Source of the DNA: Macrostomum lignano
Lineage: Eukaryota
Assembly: GCA_002269645.1 (NCBI GenBank)
Contig: NIVC01000562.1
Location: forward strand, 1-64,000
Direction of reading: 5' to 3'
DNA: 64,000 bases
The notes beneath the pieces are model-generated. The model made no database searches. It was not told the DNA's origin and saw only the letters and a list, made by a program, of their open reading frames with translations. Made by a program: the position numbers and the translations under genes. Position 1 is the first letter of the stretch. Every line of letters starts with the position of its first letter. Of this stretch, positions 27,517 through 39,709 are shown piece after piece.

Positions 27517-30500
27517 GACTAACTGACTAACTAACTAACTGACTAACTAACTAACTGACTAACTAACTAACTGACTGACTAACTAACTAACTGACTAACT
27601 AACTGACTAACTAACTAACTAACTAACTAACTGACTAACTAACTGACTAACTAACTGACTAACTAACTGACTAACTAACTAACTAACTATCTGACTAACT
27701 AACTAACTAACTAACTGACTAACTAACTGACTGACTGACAAACTAACTAACTGACTGACTAACTAACTAACTAACTGACAAACTAACTAACTGACTAACT
27801 AACTGACTAACTGACTAACTAACTGACTAACTAACAGACTAACTAACTAACTAACTGACTAACTAACTGACTAACTAACTAACTGACTAACTGACTGACT
27901 AACTAACTAACTGACTAACTAACTGACTGACAAACTAACTAACTGACAAACTAACTAACTGACTGACTAACTAACAGACTAACTAACTGACTAACTAACT
28001 GACTAACTAACTAACTGACTAACTAACTGACTAACTGACAAACTAACTAACTGACTGACTAACTAACAGACTAACTAACTGACTAACTAACTGACTAACT
28101 AACTAACTGACTAACTAACTGACTAACTGACTAACTGACTAACTAACTAACTGACTAACTGACTGACTGACAAACTAACTAACTGACTAACTAACTGACT
28201 AACTGACTAACTGACTAACTAACTGACTAACTAACAGACTAACTAACAGACTAACTAACTAACTGACTAACTAACTGACTAACTAACTAACTGACTAACT
28301 GACTGACTAACTAACTAACTGACTAACTAACTGACTGACAAACTAACTAACTGACAAACTAACTGACTGACTAACTAACTAACTGACTAACTAACAGACT
28401 AACTAACTGACTAACTAACTGACTAACTAACTAACTGACTAACTAACTAACTGACTAACTAACTGACTAACTAACTAACTGACTGACTAACTAACTGACT
28501 AACTAACTGACTAACTAACAGACTAACTAACAGACTGACTAACTGACTAACTAACTGACTAACTAACTGACTAACTGACTAACTAACTGACTAACTAACT
28601 GACTAACTAACAGACTAACTAACTGACTAACTAACTAACTGACTAACTAACTGACTAACTAACTGACTGACTAACTAAATAACTAACTGACTGACTAACT
28701 AACTGACAAACTAACTAACTGACTGACTAACTAACTAACTGACTAACTAACAGACTAACTAACTGACTAACTAACTAACTGACTAACTAACTGACTAACT
28801 AACTGACTAACTGACTGACTAACTAACTAACTAACTAACTAACTGACTAACTGACTGACTGACTGACTAACTAACTAACTGACTGACTAAATAACTAACT
28901 GACCAACGAACTAAACTATATAAATAACTAATTAACTACGAGCTACTACTGCTGTTGCAAAATCAACCCGCATACCCCATTGCAAATCTGCCAGCGGATT
29001 CTGCAATCATTTTAGCTAAAACACGCACCTCAACAGGCAGCACATCCGCGTAGAGGCAGATGAACCATTTAAGCGTCACCATGGGAAACGTGACGCCATA
29101 ATCTTTCATAAATTTGTGCACCTGAGGCAGTTTCTCTTGAACCAATCGGCCAAGCACGTAGCACTCAGCCTGGAAGCTGGCCATGCTGGGCTGATAGTAA
29201 CCGGGCAAAATTCGATTCACCAAAGTGTCCAACAGCCAGAAGGCTTTCTCTTCGTCTTTAACCACGAGTAGCATGAGCGCTGTTACGTAATTCAATCCCT
29301 GGCAATAACCAACTGCCGGATTCTTCTTGCCAAAGGCGTACAACACGTTAAATAGAGCTTGCATCTGCGACTCGCTGTTGCCAAATTCTTTAAAGTGCAC
29401 ATTCTCCGGGAATGTTCTGTGCAGATCGAGTCGCACCTGCGGCGCGCAATAAAACTAAACATTTAATTAATCATTTCCTATATTGACACCTACTTATAGT
29501 AGTGTAAAATGTGTCGCGAGTTATTAAGAGTACATTGATGAAACTGATATACAATAAAAGTGAAGCTGTTAGTGAAAATAAAGCACGCCAACAGCACGAG
29601 AAATATGAAATACTTACGAGCAAATATGCAATTTAATACTAATTGCTACAGCTTGATATTCAACGCGACACATTGGCCTACGAGAGATAAGTCAGTAAGC
29701 AAATTTATTACAAAACAGCAGGAAATATGACTTATTAAGATAATTACACTTATAATTTATACACTTATTACGGAGTCGCTAGTGTGTCACTCAAATCTAT
29801 AATGAGTCACTAGTGCGTCACTGAAATCTACTACATTGAGTCACTACTGTGTCACTGAAATCTACTATATTTATTGAGCCGCTAGTGTGTCACTCAAATC
29901 TATAATGAGTCACTAGTGCGTCACTGAAATCTACTACATTGAGTCACTACTGTGTCACTGAAATCTACTATATTTATTGAGCCGCTAGTGTGTCACTCAA
30001 ATCTATAATGAGTCACTAGTGCGTCACTGAAATCTACTACATTGAGTCACTACTGTGTCACTGAAATCTACTATATTGAGTCACTAGTGCGTCACTGAAA
30101 TCTACTATATTGAGTCACTGGTGTGTCACTGAAATCTACTATATTGAGTTCCTAGTGCCATGCTTCACTGAAATCTATTATATTCAGTCACTGGTGCGTC
30201 ACTGAAATCTACTATATTGAGTCACTAGTGCCGTGCTTCACTGAAATCTACTATATTAAGTCACTAGTGTGTCACTGATGCATACAGTATTTTATGTGTT
30301 ACTGTGTCTCATAATGTGTCACTGATGCATACATAATTGATGTGTCACTGTGTGTCATAATGTGTCACTGTGTCATAATGTGTCACTGAAGTCTACTATA
30401 TTGAGACACTCGTGTGTCACTGAAATCTACTATACTGAGTCACTAGTGTGTCACAAATGCATACAGTATTCGATGTGTCACTGTGTCTCATAATGTGTCA

Positions 30501-30868
30501 CTAAAGCCTAACTGTACTTTAGCCAGTTGCTGCGGCGGCATAAGCCGATGCCCTGCCAGACCCCAGCCGCTCACCTGATTGGCCACAGCATCATCCTCGG
30601 CCACATTGCCCAGCAGGGTTTTATAGTAACCAGGCCGCTCATTAAGCCTGCCCTGCGCCCCGGAGACCAGCATCCAGACATCGGAGCGCAATTCTCTCGG
30701 TATGCCTTTGCGAATGAATCGTTTCAGCTTGCCGCTGCGACTCTGCAGCTCGGACTGGTTGAGGCTCTGCCAGCGGCCGGACCGCCTGTCCAGCACAGAG
30801 GCGTAGTCGCCAACAAATTCATCGAAAGCCCGTCGTTCATCGTCGGTCAGTTCGAAGCCGTAATCCAT
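26076..30868 (-). CDS. GRTP1: TBC-domain Rab GTPase-activating protein, GRTP1/TBC1D6-like, 322 aa
   Basis: Exons 30868-30575, 29436-29029, 27161-26976 and 26156-26076, all phase 0. Motifs YGFE, KRFIRKGIP, VWMLVSGAQ, DLHRTFPEN, VGYCQGLN, KWFICLY and RIWDVLFFEGSKVLFRVALTLI. Confidence 0.92.
26185..26750 (-). mobile_element. full-length CORE-type tRNA SINE (family A), interrupted by a MITE
   Basis: Head AGGTTGTAGCCTAGTGGTTAGAG...GGGTTCGATTCC; CORE-like GTGTCCTTGAACAAGACACTTAAC...CAGCTGTAAAATGGG; (ATT)n tail. Confidence 0.82.
26290..26526. mobile_element. hAT-like MITE, 237 bp
   Basis: 8-bp TSD ATCTGAAG (26282-26289 and 26527-26534); TIRs CTGGGTTTATTTTTTG and CAAAAAAGAAAACCCTG. The empty site is visible in the SINE copy near 5470. 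Confidence 0.85.
26755..26925. repeat. minisatellite, 24-bp unit with GTGTCACTGAAATC core
   Basis: Tandem copies seen. Confidence 0.9.
27360..28930. repeat. (CTAA/CTGA)n compound microsatellite, ~1.6 kb, in GRTP1 intron 2
   Basis: Seen directly. Confidence 0.97.
29770..30510. repeat. minisatellite, ~34-bp unit with GTCACTGAAATCT core, in GRTP1 intron 1
   Basis: Tandem copies seen. Confidence 0.9.
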
Positions 30869-32472
30869 GTGCTCTGAGGTTGTTTTTAATGCTAATCTAT
30901 AAACTTCAATCTCGTGATATAAAATGCTTGATAACTCGCTAATTGAAGTGTTTCATAACCTTGAAACTTCATAAAATTAATTAACATTCATTGGATTAGC
31001 CATCCACATTTGGGATAATATAAATACATACACAAATCTGTTTATAGTATTGTACATTTCACCTCATTTTCTCAACAATGGTAATCAATTTGCACCTTGA
31101 AGCTTCAAAACTATTTTATTCAAGGCTAGTAATACAAGGGCCATCCCAAAATCTCTTTGTAATTGGTTTGTGACTCTCAACAATGTAAAGATATTGCATT
31201 GAAACCCTACACAAACCTGAATGCATATTATTTCAGTGTATTTATAAAACTTCAGATTAAAACATTGATCATTTTGAGTACAATTGCATAATTTGTGTAG
31301 CTAAGTCATGTAACTGCACATTGCCTTTTTGAAGTTCACAATCTACACCAAGTGGTACCATGGTAAATGAATATTCCCTAGCATCCACCATTCACTAAGA
31401 CTTTTGGGATAACCCTTGTAATGTCTAAAGTCAATCAAAAAGCTAATATTCTTACTTTCTAGGTCTAACTAGATGGCTAAGACTATATAATTAAAAATGT
31501 ATATAATTTTTAGATAAAAAGAAGTAGTTCAAAATGAAATAGAAAAAAAAATGAAGGATTATCAATAGCTGTTCAAAATTTAAACCTTAAAATATAATAA
31601 ATATTATGTATCCATATAGGAATTAGAATAACTAATAAGTAGTAACTAGTGGCACTTAATTATATAAATATTTGTAAAACAGCCAGTTTTGCCTATGGTA
31701 TTTTTTTAATGTAATAAGCTAATTATTTACATTATATTGAGGCTCAACAAAAGCTTAAGAGATTTTGTTATTAAGTAAAAAAATAATAATAGCATAAGGT
31801 ATGCTCTTCTGTATTCTGTTATAACAATACTAGATATCTATATATAACTACTATCCAATTTATCTAATTTAATTAGTATAAATTGTGGCAGATCAAAGTT
31901 GCATAATAAAATTGATAGCCTTTTAAACAAAAAATTGATTATGAATTAAAGATTTTTTATTTTCTTTTTCTGGGTAAATTACAAAATAAAGTTGTTGCCT
32001 AGGTAATGTAATTTCAAAGACAAATGTTATGCATATTTGATGCAAAGCCATATATTGCAATAGATTTTTTGTATATTAATAATAATAAACTTAAAACCAT
32101 TATCCTATGTTTATCCTACCTACAATATTTATGGGAATATCAAATTTCTTTTTATATAGATATAAAATACCCCATTATGTTTTTATGCAATATTTTAGTA
32201 GATTAATATGCTTTTATAACAAATTTCAAAAATAGCCAAATGAAGCCAAAGGCCAATAAGTATATATTATATACACTGGTTTTAATAAGGGTTATTTCAT
32301 AAATCTACTGACAAACATCTCCAGTTTCTCTTCTATTTCTTTATTGAGTTGATATTTTAGTCAGGCTTTAAAGCTCATAATAATTATATCTATTATCTAT
32401 GGAAAATCTTCTTTCTAGCTTTAATATAAGATAAAAAATCTTGTATCTTTTATAGAACCCTCTTAAGCCACC

Positions 32473-33560
32473 ATAGAGAAAAGTGACTTTTTGACGCATA
32501 ATAGGCCTATCATTTGGTCATTGTGGAAATAGGAATTAAGAAGTAGGCTAATATGAAATGCAACAAATATTTAGCAAAGATGCACTATCTAAAAAAACTA
32601 TGTCAAAATATGTCTAGCACTTTAAGGCTAGGAGACAATAGATGATGACTTTTTGATTAGATGCTTTATAAATATACCCCTTAGTTAAAAACATAGTATA
32701 TTACATGCTCTAAATGATGATAGTTGCATGATCCTATGGCAACTTTAAAACCCTTTGGAGATATCTATGAAAAGCATTTATATTGCATCATTGCTGATCA
32801 TCTCAATATGACATAAGTTGTTGCTTGATGGATCATGGGTTTCTAAACTTTTAATATTGGCCTAGTTGCAAGAGAGAATTTATATCTGCAACTAATTTCT
32901 AAATGCTTATTGAAATAAGCCTATTTTTATTAGTCAACTAGCTAGTGACTAGTGATAAATCATGGTTTTATTACTATAAACAAGGACCAAGCAACAAAGT
33001 AACATATGAAAGGCATATAATAAAGCTCTACCTATCAAGGCTAAGACTATAATTTGTTAAGAAGCATATGACAATAGTCTTTTGGGACAAAAAAGGCATC
33101 TTGCTAATTAAATGGCTATTAGAAAGAAAAAGTACCAATTTTTGGCCTAATATTATTATGAAATCAGAGAATGGCTATATGAAAAGATCAAGAATTAGAG
33201 TTATTGTTATATAATGATTACCAGGGGCATAGTGCTACAATATAACAATTCTAAGTTACATATTGATACTTGCAATGAAGCTCTAGACAATATCAAGAGA
33301 GACTAGGCTTTGAGCTTCTGTCTCACCTTGCCTATTTTCCTGACTTGCCCCTTAGTGAATATTAGTTATTACTTTACTTAAAATGAAAGAGATACATTGT
33401 AGTCAGCATTATAGAAGCCTTTTAAATCTTGGCTTTGCTTAGATTTGGGGCCTACTAACCAGTGGTTGCAAAGTAGGCTGGCTATTTTATAGAATTGTTT
33501 ATTAAACTTACTATATGCACTTTTTAAGCTATTTATATGAAACTTTCTAAAAATGAATAT
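32473..33560 (+). pseudogene. heavily mutated mariner transposase relic
   Basis: Ordered motif remnants: QQIFSKDALSKKT...HFKARR; YCIIADHLNMT*VVA*WI; LVTSDKSWFYYY; KQQSNI*K...PIKAKT; MTIVFWDKKGILLIKWL; LLYNDYQGH; GFELLSHLAYFPDLPLSEY*. Contains stops and frameshifts. Confidence 0.8.
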
Positions 33561-35192
33561 TTTCATTATGCCAACATTTTAGAAGTGTTTTGGTATTAAA
33601 ATATTTGTTAGTTCAAAGGCTAGACAAACCTCTTGGTAGCACAATCTAGGTCATTTGCTAGCCATTTTCAAGTGGAAAGCACTTTATATAAAATATTTGC
33701 ATTGCAGCTTAGCAGCAAAATTTCAAACCCAAAACCCCTCTCTTTTTATGCCAGACACATTTTTGCCAGTGACATTAGCATATACATTCAAAATTGCATA
33801 CTCATTAATAGTTGTTAAAATTGAGAAAAACCTAGAAATTGCAATAAAGTTAGGTTGCAACCCCCACGATGGAATACACTGAAACTAGTGGACTATGCAC
33901 TATACTAACAATAAACAGACTCCTGATATAGTACAGCCTACAGGTGATAGACTAAGCCTAGCAGTTTTAACTAAAATTACAAACTGACTTGTTTAAATTG
34001 CATAGGATTCTAAGTTCGAAGCTCTATATAGGGTTTAGTATGATTTATAGTACATTTTATAATGATTTAACATAGTGCTAAACTGCTAATGCTTTACATG
34101 CATTTATTTTAAAGTAGTTACTTCAAAGTTAAATTCTTAATGAATCTTATAAAATTAAATTAGATTGTCGCAATTATTTCATTCGGTCGCCAAAAACACA
34201 CGAGGTAGAACAATTAATATACATGAAAAGAAAGTTTTCAAAGCTTTGTTGGTCATATAAATGACTAAGTCTTTTTATTTGACCAAATATAGTTTAACTT
34301 TACATCATCGCGCTTCTCTTTGTTATAACGGGTCACTTGTAAATAAAAAAATTTCCATTTTGAAACCTATATTCTTTTGCTGTTCGAGCCTATAATTCCA
34401 CGGGTGCATTTGTCCTGCGGTTTACTATGACTATGAGAGAGATCCGACCTAAATAAAATTAAAGTGTGGACATAAGCTAACGCTTGTTTACTTTTTATAG
34501 TTTTAATTTTTTCTTTAATATTATTGAAATTTGGACTTTTTGTGCATAGTTATCGTACACATGTACTCATATACAACTATTTTCAGTTTTCGGTAACAGC
34601 AAATAGATTCAGCTAATTCATAATTGCAACTTTTCAGTTTTCGGTAACAGCAAATAGATTCAGCTAATTAATAATTAAAACTCATTCCAGTTTAGTTGCC
34701 TATTCTACCAACTTAAAATTCCGAAATTTTGAATAGTCTGAAAAGGCCCACTTTTCAATGATGTGCTTTATATGCTGTAAAATGGGAAATTAATACTATT
34801 GGGCTGAAAGCAATAAAAAAATAGACATTTATAGTATCATGCAAAAAAATCTGCAATTTATTTGAAAGTCACAGCTCTCTCTATTTTACTAATATTCATC
34901 AACCTATATTGTAATCCAAGCTGATAAATTAAATTTCAGTTTATTTCAATCTGATAAAGCATGTAGCATCAATTTCAATAGGGTTAATAGTTGTTTCATT
35001 TTCCTTTCATTTTATTGTCTCAAACATTTTCTTTTTACTATTAGCTAAGTAAAGATAATTTTTTACTGGTAGATAGTGTAATAAGAACAAACAGGATACA
35101 TTTTTACCAGATAAAAACTTAGGTTAGAGCTTGAATTTCTAACTCGTGATTTTCAGCAATTAGAGTTAATAACTTTCTGTTTCAGATCAGCC

Positions 35193-36947
35193 ATGGGCAT
35201 TGGCGTCATGGTGTGGAGCTTGCTAACTAAATTTCTTTTCTGTGAAATCCTCGGCTTAGTAGCGCTATTTATGCTGCCATTTATTGAGTCCCAGCGTTGT
35301 AAAAGTCTGCTCGAATCGAGATTTTTTTCTGCATTGGACCAACGACGAGATGTCACGTTCATTTGCCTCTTTGTGCCACTGTCTGCCCTCACCGTTCATT
35401 CCACTTGGCAGCTTGTCAGATACCCACTGCCCGCTGCCGATGCGGCCAAACTGACGGATCTGCTTGCTTTGCAAAGTGACACATTCATAGTTGGTTCTGT
35501 CACGCTGCTCTGGCTTGTAATTTGGTGTACTGCTCGCCTTATCTCTAGGTATTGTTATGATCGGAATTCCAGCAGTTAAATTTAAACCATTACTTACAAG
35601 ACTCCATTATGGGCAAGCACGGTATAGACTACTTAGTTTATAGTAGCATAAAGAGTAGCATAAATTTGTTTAGTTATCTTGCCAATGCATGCTCGATATC
35701 CTACTGTAGCTGAAACATCGGCGACCCAGATAACAAAACAGAGAAGAGCACTAAGACCCATCTTAAGTCCAAGAATACCCATCTCAAGTCCAAGAATACC
35801 CATCTCAAGTCCAAGAATACATACCTGAAGTTCGAGAATCCCAATCTCAAGTCCAAGAGTGCCCCCTCAAGTCCAAGAATACCCACCTGAAGTTCGAGAA
35901 TCCCAATCTCAAGTCCAAGAATACCCACCTCAACTCCAAGAATACCCACCTCAACTCCAAGAATACCCACCTCAGGTCCAAGAATGCCCACCTCAAATCC
36001 AAGAATACATACCTGAAGTTCGAGAATCCCAATCTCAAGTCCAAGAGTGCCCCCTCAAGTCCAAGAATACCCACCTGAAGTTCGAGAATCCCAATCTCAA
36101 GTCCAAGAATGCACCCCTCAAGTCCAAGAATACCCACCTGAAGTTCGAGAATCCCAATCTCAAGTCCAAGAATGCACCCCTCAAGTCCAAGAATACCCAC
36201 CTGAAGTTCGAGAATCCCAGTCTCAAGTCCAAGAGTTCGAGAATCCCAGTCTCAAGTCCAAGAATGCCCACCTCAGGTCCAAGAATTCCCACCTCAAATC
36301 CAATAATACATACCTAAAGTTCGAGAATCCCAATCTCAAGTCCAAGAATACCCACCTCAAGTCCGAGAATCTCAATCTCAAGTCCAAGAATACCCACCTG
36401 AAGTCCGAGAATCTCAATCTCAAGTCCAAGAATACCCACCTCAAGTCCGAGAATCCCAGTCTCAAGTCCAAGAGTACTCATCTCAGCTCTAAGAATCCCT
36501 CATCTGACCAAAAGTCAATCCCCATCGCACAGGCTCGGCACCTTAGAATCCGAGCTGACTACAGCGCGTCAAAGGCTGGCTGATGGTGCCGCAGCTGTGG
36601 CCATCGCCACTGCGGCCGCCGCGGCTGCCAGTCCCACTGGAAATTCATCGTCTAGCGGAGCTCCCCGACGTGCAGCAGCGGACGCAGCGGGCGAGTCGAG
36701 CCGTCGCCACAGCATGGCGGTGGTGGTGGAGGCCGCGGTGGAGGCGGAGCGGACTCGGCGAGAGCTGGCGGACACTCGTGTCGCCCTGGAACGGGCCCTG
36801 GAGCGGCTGCATCGCGCCGAGCTCGACTTGTCGGCGATGCGTCGTCAGGCTGAAAGCACGAGCCGGGCGTTCGACGAACTGCTGGAGGAGCACAACCGGC
36901 TGCAGATGGCGGTGGCCGGCGGCCAGCAAAGAAAGAAAGACACCTGA
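35193..36947 (+). CDS. BCAP31: BAP31/BAP29-like ER membrane protein, 256 aa
   Basis: Exons 35193-35548 and 36533-36947 (phase 2, 771 nt). Three N-terminal TM segments (FLFCEIL...LPFIESQR), coiled coil AMRRQAESTSRAFDELLEEHNRLQ and a C-terminal KKDT dilysine motif. Confidence 0.8.
35750..36500. repeat. minisatellite, 21-bp unit TCAAGTCCAAGAATACCCACC, in the BAP31-like intron
   Basis: Tandem copies seen. Confidence 0.93.
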
Positions 36948-36949
36948 GT

Positions 36950-37320
36950 GCGCTGTACTCAGCAACTCAAATCCCCTTGGCTGTCAATCAGCAACTCAAA
37001 TCCCCCTTGGCTGTCAATCAGCAACTCAAATCCCCCTTGGCTGTCAATCAGCAACTCAAATCCCCTTGGCTGTCAATCAGCGACTCAAATCCCCCTTGGC
37101 TGTCAATCAGCAACTCAAATCCCCCTTGGCTGTCAATCAGCAACTCAAATCCCCCTTGGCTGTACTCAGCAACTCAAATCACCTTGGCTGTCAATCAGCA
37201 ACTCAGATCCCTTTGGCTGTCAATCAGCAACTCAAATCCCCTTTGGCTGTCAATCAGCAACTCAAATCCCCTTTGCTGTCAATCGCTTAACAACTCAAAT
37301 TCCTTGGCTTTCAATTGCCG
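36950..37320. repeat. minisatellite, 29-30-bp unit, starting right after the BAP31-like stop
   Basis: Tandem GCTGTCAATCAGCAACTCAAATCCCCCTTG seen. Confidence 0.93.
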
Positions 37321-37867
37321 TCTAGAAGCACACCAGGAACCAAGTTATGGTTCAAAAAAGTTCTGTCAATTTCAACGAAAAAAAACAAATCCCTTTTGCC
37401 TTTGAATAAATTTCCTACAGTATACCAAAAATATCCCAAATTCAGGAACGAACTTTCACGGCCAGAGCCATTAATGCAAATATTATAAGACCTGCGATTT
37501 GGCTTTGTTACTCGTATAATCACATAATTGCACTGCTTACTTTTGTACTGGAACTCCGTTCCCTATAAAAAGGACACGCGCACTTATCAATTAAAATGCA
37601 AATAACAGGCATTCCTGCATCTTTATGGCAGCTTCATCCGTGTTTTTACTCGTAACTAGCTAGAATGTATAGACAGCATCATTGCTATCGTAGCTTGACT
37701 TTGCTAGAAGCCTTCATTTGGAATGAAATTATCAGATAGTTAGCTAGTCAATGCTTCTTTATGAGAACTGTACAATAAATTCTGCAAGTTTGATTAAATT
37801 CTTAACATTTTCAGCTTTATTTTCCCAGTTGGAATTCCTAGTATGTTTCTTTATACATTAACGTATG

Positions 37868-38625
37868 CAGTGGCGTGAGCTGGAGGTTTAATTGGAGGGT
37901 TGCAAATAAAATGGGCACCGGAAAGGGAGGGCGCCATTGTCTCTGGGGGGGGGAGGGAGAGCGCCACTATCTCTTGGGGGGGGGCGCCACTGTCTCTTGG
38001 AGGGGGCGCCACTGTCTCTTGGGGGGGGGGGGTTGGGGGCGCCACTGTCTCTTGGAGGGGGCGCCACTGTCTCTGGGGGGGGGTTGGGGGCGCCACTGTC
38101 TCTTGGAGGGGGCGCCACTGTCTCTTGGAGGGGGGCGCCACTGTCTCTTGGAGGGGGGCGCCACTGTCTCTTGGAGGGGGGCGCCACTGTCTCTTGTTGG
38201 GGGGCGCCACTGTCTCTTGGAAGGGGGCGCCATTGTCTCTTGGAAGGGGGCGCCATTGTCTCTTGGAGGGGGGCGCCACTGTCTCTTGTAGGGGGGCGCC
38301 ACTGTCTCTTGGAAGGGGGCGCCATTGTCTCTTGAGGGGGCGCCACTGTCTCTTGGGAAGGGAGAGCGCCATTGTCTCTTGGAGGGGGGGCGCCACTGTC
38401 TCTTGGAGGGGGCGCCACTGTCTCTTGGAGGGGAGCGCCACTGTTTCTTGGAGGGGGGGCGCCACTGTCTCATGGAGGGGGGGGGGCGCCACTGTTTCTT
38501 GGAGGGGGGCGCCACTGTTTCTTGGAGGGGGCGCAACTGTCTCTTGGAAATGGAGGGCGCCATTGTCTCTGGGGGGCGCCACTGTCTCTTGGGGGGCGTC
38601 ACTACCCCTGTAGTGTACGCCCTCT
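37868..38625. mobile_element. possible decayed hAT-type MITE carrying an internal array
   Basis: Left end CAGTGGCGTGAGCTGGAGG; right end CCCCTGTAGTGTACGCCCTCT (decayed TIR); no TSD found. Confidence 0.35.
37920..38600. repeat. GC-rich minisatellite, 22-24-bp unit GGCGCCACTGTCTCTTGGAGGG
   Basis: Tandem copies seen. Confidence 0.95.
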
Positions 38626-39709
38626 ATCGCCTCTGGCTCTCTCTGCCAACGTGCACTGGCACTGGTTATTGCGTAACATAGTAGCCGCAGGTCGGCAATG
38701 AATGTATATACTTCAGTAATAAGTCGAATATTTAGTAACCGCAGGATGCTACGTCCAGTTTTGTAGGAGCGCCATTTTTGGGGCCATCAAGGGGGGTGGT
38801 CCTCCTGACATGTATACATTCGACATGACTAGCGATCTCTTATTAAATATTGGTGTTTTAAACACTGAAATATATAAGCTAGATATGTGTCGATAAATTT
38901 CGCATAAAGGCTTTTAATGCGAAATGCATTTTGTTAAATTGAGTTTTTTGTTTTTTTCATTCTACATATTCTACAATATCTCACCTCGGAATTTCCGGAT
39001 TTTACTTAGAGCAAGCGTGTGTTTTGTTCGAGATAGATCCACAATTTATCTAGAATAAACTACTAAAAGTAGCTGGAGTGTTTTCTAAACAGATTTATCG
39101 AAGATTTGCCTTTTCGAGAAAAACTTACGACATAAAAATGCGTCTGGAAAATAATTAGCGCCATTTGCCTGAAATTTGTCACGCACATTCCTTACAAAAG
39201 CGTTACAATATACATATGAAAAATTCTTCAAAATTGTACAGTAAGACAGAGTTCCTTAGCCTCAGACACAAGCCCAAAGGATAATAGTTTTAACCTCATT
39301 TATCTAATAATTTTACTCAAGCTAATTATACTGGCTATGTCCCAGAATACTACTATGATAAACTCTCAAAAAACAACTCTATAAACTTCATAAGGAGTCT
39401 GTAGTTAGTTCAAAAAGGACAGGAACGGCCACAAACAAGAGACCACCAAGTTCATGAGTGTGTTTTTGTTAGTTCTCTCATACATGTATGTATGGTGACT
39501 GTACCCCTCTCAGGTCGCTGTGTGACTCAAGCAAGGCTTTTAAAAGCAGAGATAAGCACAAGAAAGGCCGAATTTGAAGAAAAAAATTGATACGCGTTAT
39601 TTTCGGCGTATTAGATTTCTTCTGTTACGAGAAACAAAAAATCAAAGTGTAACAGAATTGAATTTCTGGAAAAATCTAACATTGCATTGACAATTTGAAT
39701 CGAAGCACC

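Noticed and set aside
31120-31425. Apparent peptide RFWDGPC on the minus strand
   Set aside because: A similar FWDNPC occurs on the plus strand at ~31400, so it reflects a short inverted repeat; no sustained frame
32270-33890. TIRs for the hypermutated mariner
   Set aside because: Only a weak match (CACTGGTTTTAAT versus CACTAGTTTCAGT); not enough to set boundaries
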